Shown here piece after piece: positions 39,901-54,900 of a DNA stretch of 64,000 nt; within the stretch, counting starts at the first letter, position 1, and each line of letters starts with the position of its first letter. A program made the translations under genes and the position numbers. A model generated the notes under the pieces. That model had not been told where the DNA came from. It ran no database searches and was given only the letters and a program-made list of their open reading frames with translations. The stretch comes from Leptogorgia sarmentosa (lineage: Eukaryota): NCBI GenBank assembly GCA_964658305.1, contig OZ210884.1, positions 496,001 to 560,000 on the forward strand, in the 5' to 3' direction.

Positions 39901-42900
39901 GTAAACCTGTGACAAAAATACGAGCAAGGGCATGATGGTGGGTAACCCGTTGTTTCAAAGGAAACTCAAAAGGAGCAATAGCAAACATACCATACAAGGT
40001 GAAGGAACTTGATTGCTTCTGTGGCTTCCATTTTGAATGGTCTTGCCACCACGTTTCCCATGCGTATTCACCATGCCAAGGGAAATGTGCAGCGAAAATT
40101 TCGTAAACCTGTGAAAAAAATACGAGCAAGGGCATGATGATGGGTAACCCGTTGTTTCAAAGGAATCTCAACAGGAGCAATAGCAAATATACCATACAAG
40201 GTGAAGGAACTTGATTGCTTCTGTGCCTTCCATTTTGAATGGTGTCGCCACCAAATTTACCATGCGCATTCAACATGTCAAGGGCAATGGGCAGCGAAAA
40301 GTTTGTAAACCTGTGATAAAAATACGAGCAAGGGCATGATGATGAGTAACCCGTTGTTTCAAAGGAATCTCAACAGGAGCAATAGCAAATATACCATACC
40401 AGGGTTAGGGACTTAATTGCTTCTGTGGCTTCCATTTTGAATGGTGTCGCTACCAAATTTACCCTGTGTATTCCCCACACAAAGGGCAATGTCCAGCGAA
40501 AATGTCGTAAACCTGTGATAAAAATACGAGCAAGGGCATGATGATGGGTAACCCGTTGTTGCAAAGGAATCTCAACCGGAGCAATAGCGAATATACCATA
40601 CAAGGTGAAGGAACTTGATTGCTTCTGTGGCTTCCATTTTGCATGGTGTCGCCACCAAATTTACCATGCGTATTCATCATGCAAAGGTCAATGTACCTCG
40701 AAAATGTCGTAAACCTGTGAAAAAAATACGAGCAAGGGCATGATGATGGGTAACCCGTTGTTTCAAAGGAATCTCAACAGGAGCAATAGCGAATATACCA
40801 TACAAGGTGAAGGAACTTGATTGCTTTTGTGGCGTCCATTTTGAATGGTGTCGCCACCAAATTTACCATGCGCATTCAACATGTCAAGGGCAATGGGCAG
40901 CGAAAAGTTTGTAAACCTGTGATAAAAATACGAGCAAGGGCATGATGATGGGTAACCTGTTGTTGCAAAGGAATCTCAACCGGAGCAATAGCAAATATAC
41001 CATTCCAGGTGAAGGGACTTAATTGCTTCTGTGGCTTCCATTTTGAATGGTGTCGCTACCAAATTTACCCTGCCTATTCCCCACACCAAGGGCAATGTAC
41101 TGCGAAAATTTCGTAAACCCGTGATAAAAATACGAGCAAGGGCATGATGATGGGTAACCCGTTGTTGCAAAGGAATCTCAACCGGAGCAATAGCGAATAT
41201 ACCATACAAGGTGAAGGAACTTGATTGCTTCTGTGGCTTCCATTTTGCATGGTGTCGCCACCAAATTTACCATGCGTATTCATCATGCGAAGGTCAATGT
41301 GCCGCGAAAATGTCGTAAACCTGTGATAGGAATACGAGCAAGGGGATGATGATGAGTAACCCGTTGTTTCAAAGGAATCTCAACAGGAGCAATAGCAAAT
41401 ATACCATACCAGGTGAAGGGACTTAATTGCTTCTGTGGCTTCCATTTTGAATGGTGTCGCCACCAAATTTACTCTGCGTATTCATCATGCGAAGCTCAAT
41501 GTGCCGGGAAAATGTCGTAAACCTGTGATAAAAATACGAGCAAGGGGATGATGATGAGTAACCCGTTGTTTCAAAGGAATCTCAACAGGAGCAATAGCAA
41601 ATATACCATACCAGGTGAAGGGACTTAATTGCTTCTGTGGCTTCCATTTTGAATGGTGTCGCCACCAAATTTACCCTGCGTATTCCCCACACAAAGGGCA
41701 ATGTGCAGCGAAAATTTTGTAGACCTGTGATAGAAATACGAGCAAGGGCATGATGATGGGTAACCCGTTGTTTCAAAGGAATCTCAACAGGAGCAATAGC
41801 AAATATACCATACCAGGTGAAGGGACTTAATTGCTTCTGTGGCTTCCATTTTGAATGGTGTCGCCACCAAATTTACCCTGCGTATTCATCATGCGAAGCT
41901 CAATGTGCCGCGAAAATGTCGTAAAGCTGTGATAAAAATACGAGCAAGGGGATGATGATGAGTAACCCGTTGTTTCAAAGGAATCTCAACAGGAGCAATA
42001 GCAAATATACCATACCAGGTGAAGGGACTTAATTGCTTCTGTGGCTTCCATTTTGAATGGTGTCGCCACCAAATTTACCCTGCGTATTCCCCACACAAAG
42101 GACAATGTGCAGCGAAAATTTTGTAGACATGTGATAGAAATACGAGCAAGGGCATGATGATGGGTAACCCGTTGTTTCGAAGGAATCTCAACAGGAGCAA
42201 TAGCAAATATACCATACCAGGTGAAGGGACTTGATTGCTTTTGAGGCGTCCATTTTGAATGGTGTCGCCACCAAATTTACCATGCGTATTCAACATGTCA
42301 AGGGCAATGGGCAGCGAAAATTTTGTAAACCTGTGATAAAAATACGAGCAAGGGCATGATGATGGGTAACCCGTTGTTTCAAAGGAATCTCAACAGGAGC
42401 AATAGCAAATATACCATACAAGGTGAAGGGACTTGATTGCTTTTGTGGCTTCCATTTTGAATGGTGTCGCCACCACATTTACCATGCGTATTCATCATGC
42501 AAAGGTCAATGTACCTCGAAAATGTCGTAAACCTGTGAAAAAAATACGAGCAAGGGTATGATGATGGGTTACACGTTGTTTCAAAGGAATCTCAACAGGA
42601 GCAATAGCAAATATACCATACCAGGTGAAGCGACTTGGTTACTTTTGTGGCGTACATTTTGAATGGTGTCGCCACCAAATTTACCATGCGTATTCAACAT
42701 GTCAAGGGCAATGGGAGGCGAAAATTTTGTAAACCTGTGATAAAAATACGAGCAAGGGCATGATGATGGGTAACCCGTTGTTTCAAAGTAATCTCAACAG
42801 GAGCAATAGCAAATATACCATACCAGGTGAAGGGACTTGATTGCTTTTGTGGCGTCCATTTTGATTGGTGTCGCCACCAAATTTACCCTGCGTATTCCCC

Positions 42901-45900
42901 ACACAAAGGGCAATGTACAGCGAAAATTTCGTAAACCCGTGATGAAAATACGAGCAAGGGCATGATGATGGGTAACCCGTTGTTGCAAAGGAAGCTCAAC
43001 CGGAGCAATAGCGAAAATACCATACAAGGTGAAGGAACTTGATTGCTTCTGTGGCTTCCATTTTGAATGGTGTTGCCACTAAATTTGCCATGCATATTGA
43101 TCATGCCAAGGGCAATGTGCAGCGAAAATTTCGTAAACCTGTGATAAACATTCGAGCAAGAGCATGATGGTGGGTAACCCGTTGTTTCAAAGGAATCTCA
43201 ACAGGAGCAATAGCAAACACACCATACAAGGTGAAGGGACTTGATTGCTTCTGTGGCTTCCATTTTGCATGGTGTCGCCACCAAATTTACCATGCGTATT
43301 CATCATGCGAAGGTCAATGTGCCGCGAAAATATCGTAAACCTGTGATAGGAATACGAGCAAGGGGATGATGATGAGTAACCCGTTGTTTCAAAGGAATCT
43401 CAACAGGAGCAATAGCAAATATACCATACCAGGTGAAGGGACTTAATTGCTTCTGTGGCTTCCATTTTGAATGGTGTCGCCACCAAATTTACCCTGCGTA
43501 TTCATCATGCGAAGCTCAATGTCCCGCGAAAATGTCGCAAACCTGTGATAAAAATACGAGCAAGGGGATGATGATGAGTAACCCGTTGTTTCAAAGGAAT
43601 CTCAACAGGAGCAATAGCAAATATACCATACCAGGTGAAGGGACTTAATTGCTTCTGTGGCTTCCATTTTGAATGGTGTCGCCACCAAATTTACCCTGCG
43701 TATTCCCCACACAAAGGGCAATGCGCAGCGAAACTTTTGTAGACCTGTGATAAAAATACGAGCAAGGGCATGATGATGGGTAACCCGTTGTTGCAAAGGA
43801 ATCTCAACCGGAGCAATAGCAAATATACCATACAAGGTGAAGGAACTTGATTGCTTCTGTGGCTTCCATTTTGAATGGTCTTGCCACCACATTTCCCATG
43901 CGTATTCACCATGCCAAGGGAAATGTGCAGCGAAAAGTTCGTCAACCTGTGATAAAAATACGAGCAAGGGCATGATGGTGGGTAACCCGTTGTTTCAAAG
44001 GAATCTCAACAGGGGCAATAGCAAACATACCATACAAGGTGAAGGGACTTGATTGCTTCTGTGGCTTCCAGTTTGAATGGTGTCGCCACCAAATTTACCA
44101 TGCGCATTCATCATGCAAAGGTCAATCTACCTCGGAAATGTCGTAAACCTGTGAAAAAAATACGAGCAAGGGCATGATGATGGGTAACCCGTTGTTTCAA
44201 AGGAATCTCAACAGGAGCAATAGCAAATATACCATACCAGGTGAAGGGACTTGATTGCTTTTGTGGCGTCCATTTTGAATGGTGTCGCCACCAAATTTAC
44301 CATGCGTATTCAACATGTCAAGGGCAATGGGCAGCGACAATTTTGTAAACCTGTGATAAAAATACGAGCAAGGGCATGATGATGGGTAACCCGTTGTTTC
44401 AAAGGAATCTCAACAGGAGCAATAGCAAATATACCATACCAGGTGAAGGGACTTTATTGCTTCTGTGGCTTCCATTTTGAATGGTGTCGCTACCAAATTT
44501 ATCCTGCCTATTCCCCACACCAAGGGCAATGTACAGCGAAAATTTCGTAAACCCGTGATAAAAATACGAGCAAGGGCATGATGATGGGTAACCCGTTGTT
44601 GCAAAGGAATCTCAACCGGAGCAATAGCGAATATACCATACAAGGTGAAGGAACTTGATTGCTTCTGTGGCTTCCATTTTGAATGGTGTTGCCAACAAAT
44701 TTCCCATGCGTATTCACCATGCCAAGGGCAATCTGCAGCGAAAATTTCGTAAACCTGTGATAAAAATACCAGCAAGGGCATGATGGTGGGTAACCCGTTG
44801 TTTCAAAGGAATCTCAACAGGAGCAATAGCAAACATACCATACAAGGTGAAGGGACGTGATTGCTTCTGTGGCTTCCATTTTGAATGGTGTCGCCACCAA
44901 ATTTACCATGCGTATTCATCATGCAAAGGTCAATGTACCTCGCAAATGTCGTAAACCTGTGAAAAAAATACGAGCAAGGGCATGATGATGGGTAACCCGT
45001 TGTTTCAAAGGAATCTCAACAGGAGCAATAGCGAATATACCATACAAGGTGAAGGAACTTGATTGCTTTTGTGGCGTCCATTTTGAATGGTGTCGCCACC
45101 AAATTTACCATGTGCATTCAACATGTCAAGGGCAATGGGCAGCGAAAAGTTTGTAAACCTGTGATAAAAATACGAGCAAGGGCATGATGATGGGTAACCT
45201 GTTGTTGCAAAGGAATCTCAACCGGAGCAATAGCAAATATACCATACCAGGTGAAGGGACTTAATTGCTTCTGTGGCTTCCATTTTGAATGGTGTCGCTA
45301 CCAAACTTACCCTGCCTATTCCCCACACCAAGGGCAATGTACAGCGAAAATTTCGTAAACCCGTGATAAAAATACGAGCAAGGGCATGATGATGGGTAAC
45401 CCGTTGTTGCAAAGGAATCTCAACCGGAGCAATAGCGAATATACCATACAAGGTGAAGGAACTTGATTGCTTCTGTGGCTTCCATTTTGAATGGTGTTGC
45501 CACTAAATTTGCCATGCATATTGACCATGCCAAGGGCAATGTGCAGCGAAAATTTCGTAAACCTGTGATAAACATTCGAGCAAGAGCATGATGGTGGGTA
45601 ACCCGTTGTTTCAAAGGAATCTCAACAGGAGCAATAGCAAACACACCATACAAGGTGAAGGGACTTGATTGCTTCTGTGGCTTCCATTTTGAATGGTCTC
45701 GCCACCAAATTTACCATGCGCATTCATCATGCAAAGGTCAATGTACCTCGAAAATGTCGTAAACCTGTGAAAAAAATACGAGCAAGGGCATGATGATGGG
45801 TAACCCGTTGTTTCAAAGGAATCTCAACAGGAGCAATAGCAAATATACCATACCAGGTGAAGGGACTTGATTGCTTTTGTGGCGTCCATTTTAAATGGTG

Positions 45901-48900
45901 TCGCCGCCAAATTTACCATGCGTATTCAACATGTCAAGGGCAATGGGCAGCGACAATTTTGTAAACCTGTGATAAAAATACGAGCAAGGGCATGATGATG
46001 GGTAACCCGTTGTTTCAAAGGAATCTCAACAGGAGCAATAGCGAATATACCATACAAGGTGAAGGAACTTGATTGCTTTTGTGGCGTCCATTTTGAATGG
46101 TGTCGCCACCAAATTTACCATGCGCATTCAACATGTCAAGGGCAATGGGCAGCGAAAAGTTTGTAAACCGGTGATAAAAATACGAGCAAGGGCATGATGA
46201 TGGGTAACCCGTTGTTTCAAAGGAATCTCAACAGGAGCAATAGCAAATATACCATACCAGGGTTAGGGACTTAATTGCTTCTGTGGCTTCCATTTTGAAT
46301 GGTGTCGCTACCAAATTTACCCTGTGTATTCCCCACACAAAGGGCAATGTCCAGCGAAAATGTCGTAAACCTGTGATAAAAATGCGAGCAAGGGCATGAT
46401 GATGGGTAACCCGTTGTTGCAAAGGAATCTCAACCGGAGCAATAGCAAATATACCGTACAAGGTGAAGGAACTTGATTGCTTCTGTGGCTTCCATTTTGA
46501 ATGGTGTTGCCAACACATTTCCCATGCGTATTCACCATGCCAAGGGCAATCTGCAGCGAAAATTTCGTAAACCTGTGATAAAAATACCAGCAAGGGCATG
46601 ATGGTGGGTAACCCGTTGTTTCAAAAGAATCTCAACAGGAGCAATAGCAAATATACCATACAAGGTGAAGGAACTTGATTGCTTCTGCGCCTTCCATTTT
46701 GAATGGTGTTGCCACCAAATTTACCATGCGTATTCACCATGCCAAGGGCAATGTGCAGCGAAAATTTCGTAAACCTGTGACAAAAATACGAGCAAGGGCA
46801 TGATGGTGGGTAACCCGTTGTTTCAAAGGAAACTCAAAAGGAGCAATAGCAAACATACCATACAATGTGAAGGAACTTGATAGCTTCTGTGGCTTCCATT
46901 TTGAATGGTGTTGCCACCAAATTTACCATGCGTATTCACCATGCCACGGGAAATGTGCAGCGAAATTTTCGTAAACCTGTGATAAAAATACGAGCAAGGG
47001 CATGATGGTGGGTAACCCGTTGTTTCAAAGGAATCTCAACAGGAGCAATGGCAAACATACCATACAAGGTGAAGGGACTTGATTGCTTCTGTGGCTTCCA
47101 TTTTGAAAGGTGTCGCCACCAAATTTACCATGCGTATTCATCATGCAAAGGTCAATGTACCTCGAAAATGTCGTAAACCTGTGAAAAAAATACGAGCAAG
47201 GGCATGATGATGGGTAACCCGTTGTTTCAAAGGAATCTCAACAGGAGCAATAGCGAATATACCATACAAGGTGAAGGAACTTGATTGCTTTTGTGGCGTC
47301 CATTTTGAATGGTGTCGCCACCAAATTTACCATGCGCATTCAACATGTCAAGGGCAATGGGCAGCGAAAAGTTTGTAAACCTGTGATAAAAATACGAGCA
47401 AGGGCATGATGATGGGTAACCTGTTGTTGCAAAGGAATCTCAACCGGAGCAATAGCAAATATACCATACCAGGTGAAGGGACTTTATTGCTTCTGTGGCT
47501 TCCATTTTGAATGGTGTCGCTACCAAATTTATCCTGCCTATTCCCCACACCAAGGGCAATGTACAGCGAAAATTTCGTAAACCCGTGATAAAAATACGAG
47601 CAAGGGCATGATGATGGGTAACCCGTTGTTGCAAAGGAATCTCAACCGGAGCAATAGCGAATATACCATACAAGGTGAAGGAACTTGATTGCTTCTGTGG
47701 CTTCCATTTTGCATGGTGTCGCCACCAAATTTACCATGCGTATTCATCATGCGAAGGTCAATGTGCCGCGAAAATGTCGTAAACCTGTGATAGGAATACG
47801 AGCAAGGGGATGATGATGAGTAACCCGTTGTTTCAAAGGAATCTCAACAGGAGCAATAGCAAATATAGCATACCAGGTGAAGGGACTTAATTGCTTCTGT
47901 GGCTTCCATTTTGAATGGTGTCGCCACCAAATTTACCCTGCGTATTCATCATGCGAAGCTCAATGTGCCGCGAAAATGTCGTAAACCTGCGATAAAAATA
48001 CGAGCAAGGGGATGATGATGAGTAACCCGTTGTTTCAAAGGAATCTCAACAGGAGCAATAGGAAATATACCATACCAGGTGAAGGGACTTAATTGCTTCT
48101 GGGGCTTCCATTTTGAATGGTGTCGCCACCAAATTTACCCTGCGTATTCTCCACACAAAGGGCAATGTGCAGCGAAAATTTTGTAGACCTGTGATAGAAA
48201 TACGAGCAAGGGCATGATGATGGGTAACCCGTTGTTTCAAAGGAATCTCAACAGGAGCAATAGCAAATATACCATACCAGGGTTAGGGAATTAATTGCTT
48301 TTGAGGCGTCCATTTTGAATGGTGTCGCTACCAAATTTACCATGCGTATTCAACATGTCAAGGGCAATGGGCAGCGACAATTTTGTAAACCTGTGATAAA
48401 AATACGAGCAAGGGCACGATGATGGGTAACCCGTTGTTTCAAAGGAATCTCAACAGGAGCAATAGCAAATATACCATACAAGGTGAAGGGACTTGATTGC
48501 TTTTGTGGCTTCCATTTTGAATGGTGTCGCCACCACATTTACCATGCGTATTCATCATGCAAAGGTCAATGTACCTCGAAAATTTCGTAAACCTGTGAAA
48601 AAAATACGAGCAAGGGCATGATGATGGGTTACACGTTGTTTCAAAGGAATCTCAACAAGAGCAATAGCAAATATACCATACCAGGTGAAGGGACTTGGTT
48701 ACTTTTGTGGCGTCCATTTTGAATGGTGTCGCCACCAAATTTACCATGCGTATTCAACATGTCAAGGGCAATGGGAGGCGAAAATTTTGTAAAGCTGTGA
48801 TAAAAATACGAGCAAGGGCATGATGATGGGTAACCCGTTGTTTCAAAGTAATCTCAACAGGAGCAATAGCAAATATACCATACCAGGTGAAGGGACTTGA

Positions 48901-51900
48901 TTGCTTCTGTGGCGTCCATTTTGATTGATGTCGCCACCAAATTTACCCTGCGTATTCCCCACACAAAGGGCAATGTACAGCGAAAATTTCGTAAACCCGT
49001 GATGAAAATACGAGCAAGGGCATGATGATGGGTAACCCGTTGTTGCAAAGGAATCTCAACCGGAGCAATAGCGAAAATACCATACAAGGTGAAGGAACTT
49101 GATTGCTTCTGTGGCTTCCATTTTGAATGGTGTTGCCACTAAATTTGCCATGCATATTGATCATGCCAAGGGCAATGTGCAGCGAAAATTTCGTAAACCT
49201 GTGATAAACATTCGAGCAAGAGCATGATGGTGGGTAACCCGTTGTTTCAAAGGAATCTCAACAGGAGCAATAGCAAATATACCATACCAGGTGAAGGGAC
49301 TTAATTGCTTCTGTGGCTTCCATTTTGCATGGTGTCGCCACCAAATTTACCATGCGTATTCATCATGCGAAGCTCAATGTGCCGCGAAAATGTCGCAAAC
49401 CTGTGATAAAAATACGAGCAAGGGGATGATGATGAGTAACCCGTTGTTTCAAAGGAATCTCAACAAGAGCAATAGCAAATATACCATACCAGGTGAAGGG
49501 ACTTAATTGCTTCTGTGGCTTCCATTTTGAATGGTGTCGCCACCAAATTTACCCTGCGTATTCCCCACACAAAGGGCAATGCGCAGCAAAACTTTTGTAG
49601 ACCTGTGATAAAAATACGAGCAAGGGCATGATGATGGGTAACCCGTTGTTGCAAAGGAATCTCAACCGGAGCAATAGCAAATATACCATACAAGGTGAAG
49701 GAACTTGATTGCTTCTGTGGCTTCCATTTTGAATGGTCTTGCCACCACATTTCCCATGCGTATTCACCATGCCAAGGGAAATGTGCAGCGAAAAGTTCGT
49801 CAACCTGTGATAAAAATACGAGCAAGGGCATGATGGTGGGTAACCCGTTGTTTCAAAGGAATCTCAACAGGGGCAATAGCAAACATACCATACAAGGTGA
49901 AGGGACTTGATTGCTTCTGTGGCTTCCATTTTGAGTGGTGTCGCCACCAAATTTACCATGCGCATTCATCATGCAAAGGTCAATGTACCTCGAAAATGTC
50001 GTAAACCTGTGAAAAAAATACGAGCAAGGGCATGATGATGGGTAACCCGTTGTTTCAAAGGAATCTCAACAGGAGCAATAGCAAATATACCATACCAGGT
50101 GAAGGGACTTGATTGCTTTTGTGGCGTCCATTTTGAATGGTGTCGCCACCAAATTTACCATGCGTATTCAACATGTCAAGGGCAATGGGCAGCGACAATT
50201 TTGTAAACCTGTGATAAAAATACGAGCAAGGGCATGATGATGGGTAACCCGTTGTTTCAAAGGAATCTCAACAGGAGCAATAGCAAATATACCATACCAG
50301 GGTTAGGGACTTAATTGCTTCTGTGGCTTCCATTTTGAATGGTGTCGCTACCAAATTTACCCTGTGTATTCAACATGTCAAGGGCAATGGGCAGCGACAA
50401 TTTTGTAAACCTGTGATAAAAATACGAGCAAGGGCATGATGATGGGTAACCCGTTGTTTCAAAGGAATCTCAACAGGAGCAATAGCAAATATACCATACC
50501 AGGTGAAGGGACTTGATTGCTTTTGTGGCGTCCATTTTGAATGGTGTCGCCACCAAATTTACCATGCGTATTCAACATGTCAAGGGCAATGGGCAGCGAC
50601 AATTTTGTAAACCTGTGATAAAAATACGAGCAAGGGCATGATGATGGGTAACCCGTTGTTTCAAAGGAATCTCAACAGGAGCAATAGCAAATATACCATA
50701 CCAGGGTTAGGGACTTAATTGCTTCTGTGGCTTCCATTTTGAATGGTGTCGCTACCAAATTTACCCTGTGTATTCAACATGTCAAGGGCAATGGGCAGCG
50801 ACAATTTTGTAAACCTGTGATAAAAATACGAGCAAGGGCATGATGGTGGGTAACCCGTTGTTTCAAAGGAATCTCAACAGGAGCAATAGCAAACATACCA
50901 TACAAGGTGAAGGGACTTGATTGCTTCTGTGGCTTCCATTTTGAATGGTGTCGCCACCAAATTTACCTTGCGTATTCATCATGCAAAGGTCAATGTACCT
51001 CGAAAATGTCGTAAACCTGTGAAAAAAATACGAGCAAGGGCATGATGATGGGTAACCCGTTGTTTCAAAGGAATCTCAACAGGAGCAATAGCGAATATAC
51101 CATACAAGGTGAAGGAACTTGATTGCTTTTGTGGCGTCCATTTTGAATGGTGTCGCCACCAAATTTACCATGCGCATTCAACATGTCAAGGGCAATGGGC
51201 AGCGAAAATTTTGTAAACCTGTGATAAAAATACGAGCAAGGGCATGATGATGGGTAACCTGTTGTTGCAAAGGAATCTCAACCGGAGCAATAGCAAATAT
51301 ACCATACCAGGGTTAGGGACTTAATTGCTTCTGTGGCTTCCATTTTGAATGGTGTCGCTACCAAATTTACCCTGTGTATTCAACATGTCAAGGGCAATGG
51401 GCAGCGACAATTTTGTAAACCTGTGATAAAAATACGAGCAAGGGCATGATGGTGGGTAACCCGTTGTTTCAAAGGAATCTCAACAGGAGCAATAGCAAAC
51501 ATACCATACAAGGTGAAGGGACTTGATTGCTTCTGTGGCTTCCATTTTGAATGGTGTCGCCACCAAATTTACCTTGCGTATTCATCATGCAAAGGTCAAT
51601 GTACCTCGAAAATGTCGTAAACCTGTGAAAAAAATACGAGCAAGGGCATGATGATGGGTAACCCGTTGTTTCAAAGGAATCTCAACAGGAGCAATAGCGA
51701 ATATACCATACAAGGTGAAGGAACTTGATTGCTTTTGTGGCGTCCATTTTGAATGGTGTCGCCACCAAATTTACCATGCGCATTCAACATGTCAAGGGCA
51801 ATGGGCAGCGAAAATTTTGTAAACCTGTGATAAAAATACGAGCAAGGGCATGATGATGGGTAACCTGTTGTTGCAAAGGAATCTCAACCGGAGCAATAGC

Positions 51901-54900
51901 AAATATACCATACCAGGTGAAGGGACTTAATTGCTTCTGTGGCTTCCATTTTTAATGGTGTCGCCACCAAATTTACCTTGCGTATTCATCATGCGAAGCT
52001 CAATGTGCCGCGAAAATGTCGCAAACCTGTGATAAAAATACGAGCAAGGGGATGATGATGAGTAACCCGTTGTTTCAAAGGAATCTCAACAGGAGCAATA
52101 GCAAATATACCATACCAGGTGAAGGGACTTAATTGCTTCTGTGGCTTCCATTTTGAATGGTGTCGCCACCAAATTTACCCTGCGTATTCCCCACACAAAG
52201 GGCAATGTGCAGCGAAAATTTTGTAGACCTGTGATAGAAATACGAGCAAGGGCATGATGATGGGTAACCCGTTGTTTCAAAGGAATCTCAACAGGAGCAA
52301 TAGCAAATATACCATACAAGGTGAAGGGACTTGATTGCTTTTGTGCCTTCCATTTTGAATGGTGTCGCCACCAAATATACCATGCGTATTCATCATGCAA
52401 AGGTCAATGTACCTCGAAAATGTCGTAAACCTGTGAAAAAAATACGAGCAAGGGCATGATGATGGGTTACACGTTGTTTCAAAGGAATCTCAACAGGAGC
52501 AATAGCAAATATACCATACCAGGTGAAGGGACTTGGTTACTTTTGTGGCGTCCATTTCGAATGGTGTCGCCACCAAATTTACCATGCGTATTCAACATGT
52601 CAAGGGCAATGGGAGGCGAAAATTTTGTAAACCTGTGATAAAAATACGAGCAAGGGCATGATGATGGGTAACCCGTTGTTTCAAAGCAATCTCAACAGGA
52701 GCAATAGCAAATATACCATACCAGGTGAAGGGACTTGATTGCTTCTGTGGCGTCCATTTTCATTGGTGTCGCCACCAAATTTACCCTGCGTATTCCCCAC
52801 ACAAAGGGCACTGTGCAGCAAAAATTTCGTAAACCTGTGATAAAAACACGAGCAAGGGCATGATGATGGGTAACCCGTTGTTGCAAAGGAATCTCAACCG
52901 GAGCAATAGCAAATATACCATACAAGGTAAAGGAACATGATTGCTTCTGTGGCTTCCATTTTGAATGGTGTTGCCACCAAATTTACCATGCGTATTCACC
53001 ATGCCAAGGAAATGTGCAGCGAAATTTTCGTAAACCTGTGATAAAAATACGAGCAAGGGCATGATGATGGGTAACCAGTTGTTTCAAAGGAATCTCAACA
53101 GGAGCAATAGCAAACATACCATACAAGGTGAAGGGACTTGATTGCTTCTGTGGCTTCCATTTTGAATGGTGTCGCCACCAAATTTACCATGCGTATTCAT
53201 CATGCAAAGGTCAATGTACCTCGAAAATGTCGTAAACCTGTGAAAAAAATACGAGCAAGGGCATGATGATGGGTAACCCGTTTTTTCAAAGGAATCTCAA
53301 CAGGAGCAATAGCAATATACCATACCAGTTGAAGGGACTTGATTGCTTTTGTGGCGTCCATTTTGAATGGTGTCGCCACCAAATTTACCCTGCGTATTCA
53401 TCATGCAAAGGTCAATGTACCTCGAAAATGTCGTAAACCTGTGAAAAAAATACGAGCAAGGGCATGATGATGAGTAACCCGTTGTTTCAAAGGAATCTCA
53501 ACAGGAGCAATAGCAAATATACCATACAAGGTGAAGGAACTTGATTGCTTCTGTGGCTTCCATTTTGAATGGTGTCGCCACCAAATTTACCATGCGTATT
53601 CAACATGCCAAGGGCAATGCGCAGCGAAAATTTTGTAAACCTGTGATAAAAATACGAGCAAGGGCATGATGGTGGGTAACCCGTTGTTTCAAAGGAATCT
53701 CAACAGGAGCAATAGCAAACATACCATACAAGGTGAAGGGATTTGATTGCTTCTGTGACTTCCATTTTGAATGGTGTCGCCACCAAATTTACCATGCGTA
53801 TTCATCATGCAAAGGTCAATGTACCTCGAAAATGTCGTAAACCTGTGAAAAAAATACGAGCAAGAGCATGATGATGGGTAACCCGTTGTTTCAAAGGAGT
53901 CTCAACAGGAGCAATAGCAAATATACCATACCAGTTGAAGGGACTTGATTGCTTTTGTGGCGTCCATTTTGAATGGTGTCGCCACCAAATTTACCATGCG
54001 TATTCATCATGCAAAGGTCAATGTGCCGCGAAAATCTCGTAAACCTGTGATAAAAATACGAGCAAGGGCATGAAGATGAGTAACCCGTTGTTTCAAAGGA
54101 ATCTCAACAGGAGCAATAGCAAATATACCATACCAGGTGAAGGGACTTAATTGCTTTTGTGGCTTCCATTTTGAATGGTGTCGCTACCAAATTTACCCTG
54201 CGTATTCATCATGCAAAGGTCAATGTACCTCGAAAATGTCGTAAACCTGTGAAAAAAATACGAGCAAGGGCATGATGATGGGTAACCCGTTGTTTCAAAG
54301 GAATCTCAACAGGAACAATAGCGAATATACAATACAAGGTGAAGGAACTTGATTGCTTCTGTGGCTTCCATTTTGAATGGTGTTGCCACTAAATTTGCCA
54401 TGCATATTGACCATGCCAAGGGCAATGTGCAGCGAAAATGTCGTAAACCTGTGATAGGAATACGAGCAAGGGGATGATGATGAGTAACCCGTTGTTTCAA
54501 AGGAATCTCAACAGGAGCAATAGCAAATATACTATACCAGGTGAAGGGACTTAATTGCTTCTGTGGCTTCCATTTTGAATGGTGTCGCCACCAAATTTAC
54601 CCTGCGTATTCATCATGCGAACCTCAATGTGCCGCGAAAATGTCGTAAACCTGTGATAAAAATACGAGCAAGGGGATGATGATGAGTAACCCGTTGTTTC
54701 AAAGGAATCTCAACAGGAGCAATAGCAAATATACCATACCAGGTGAAGGGACTTAATTGCTTCTGTGGCTTCCATTTTGAATGGTGTCGCCACCAAATTT
54801 ACCCTGCGTATTCCCCACACAAAGGGCAATGTGCAGCGAAAATTTTGTAGACCTGTGATAGAAATACGAGCAAGGGCATGATGATGGGTAACCCGTTGTT

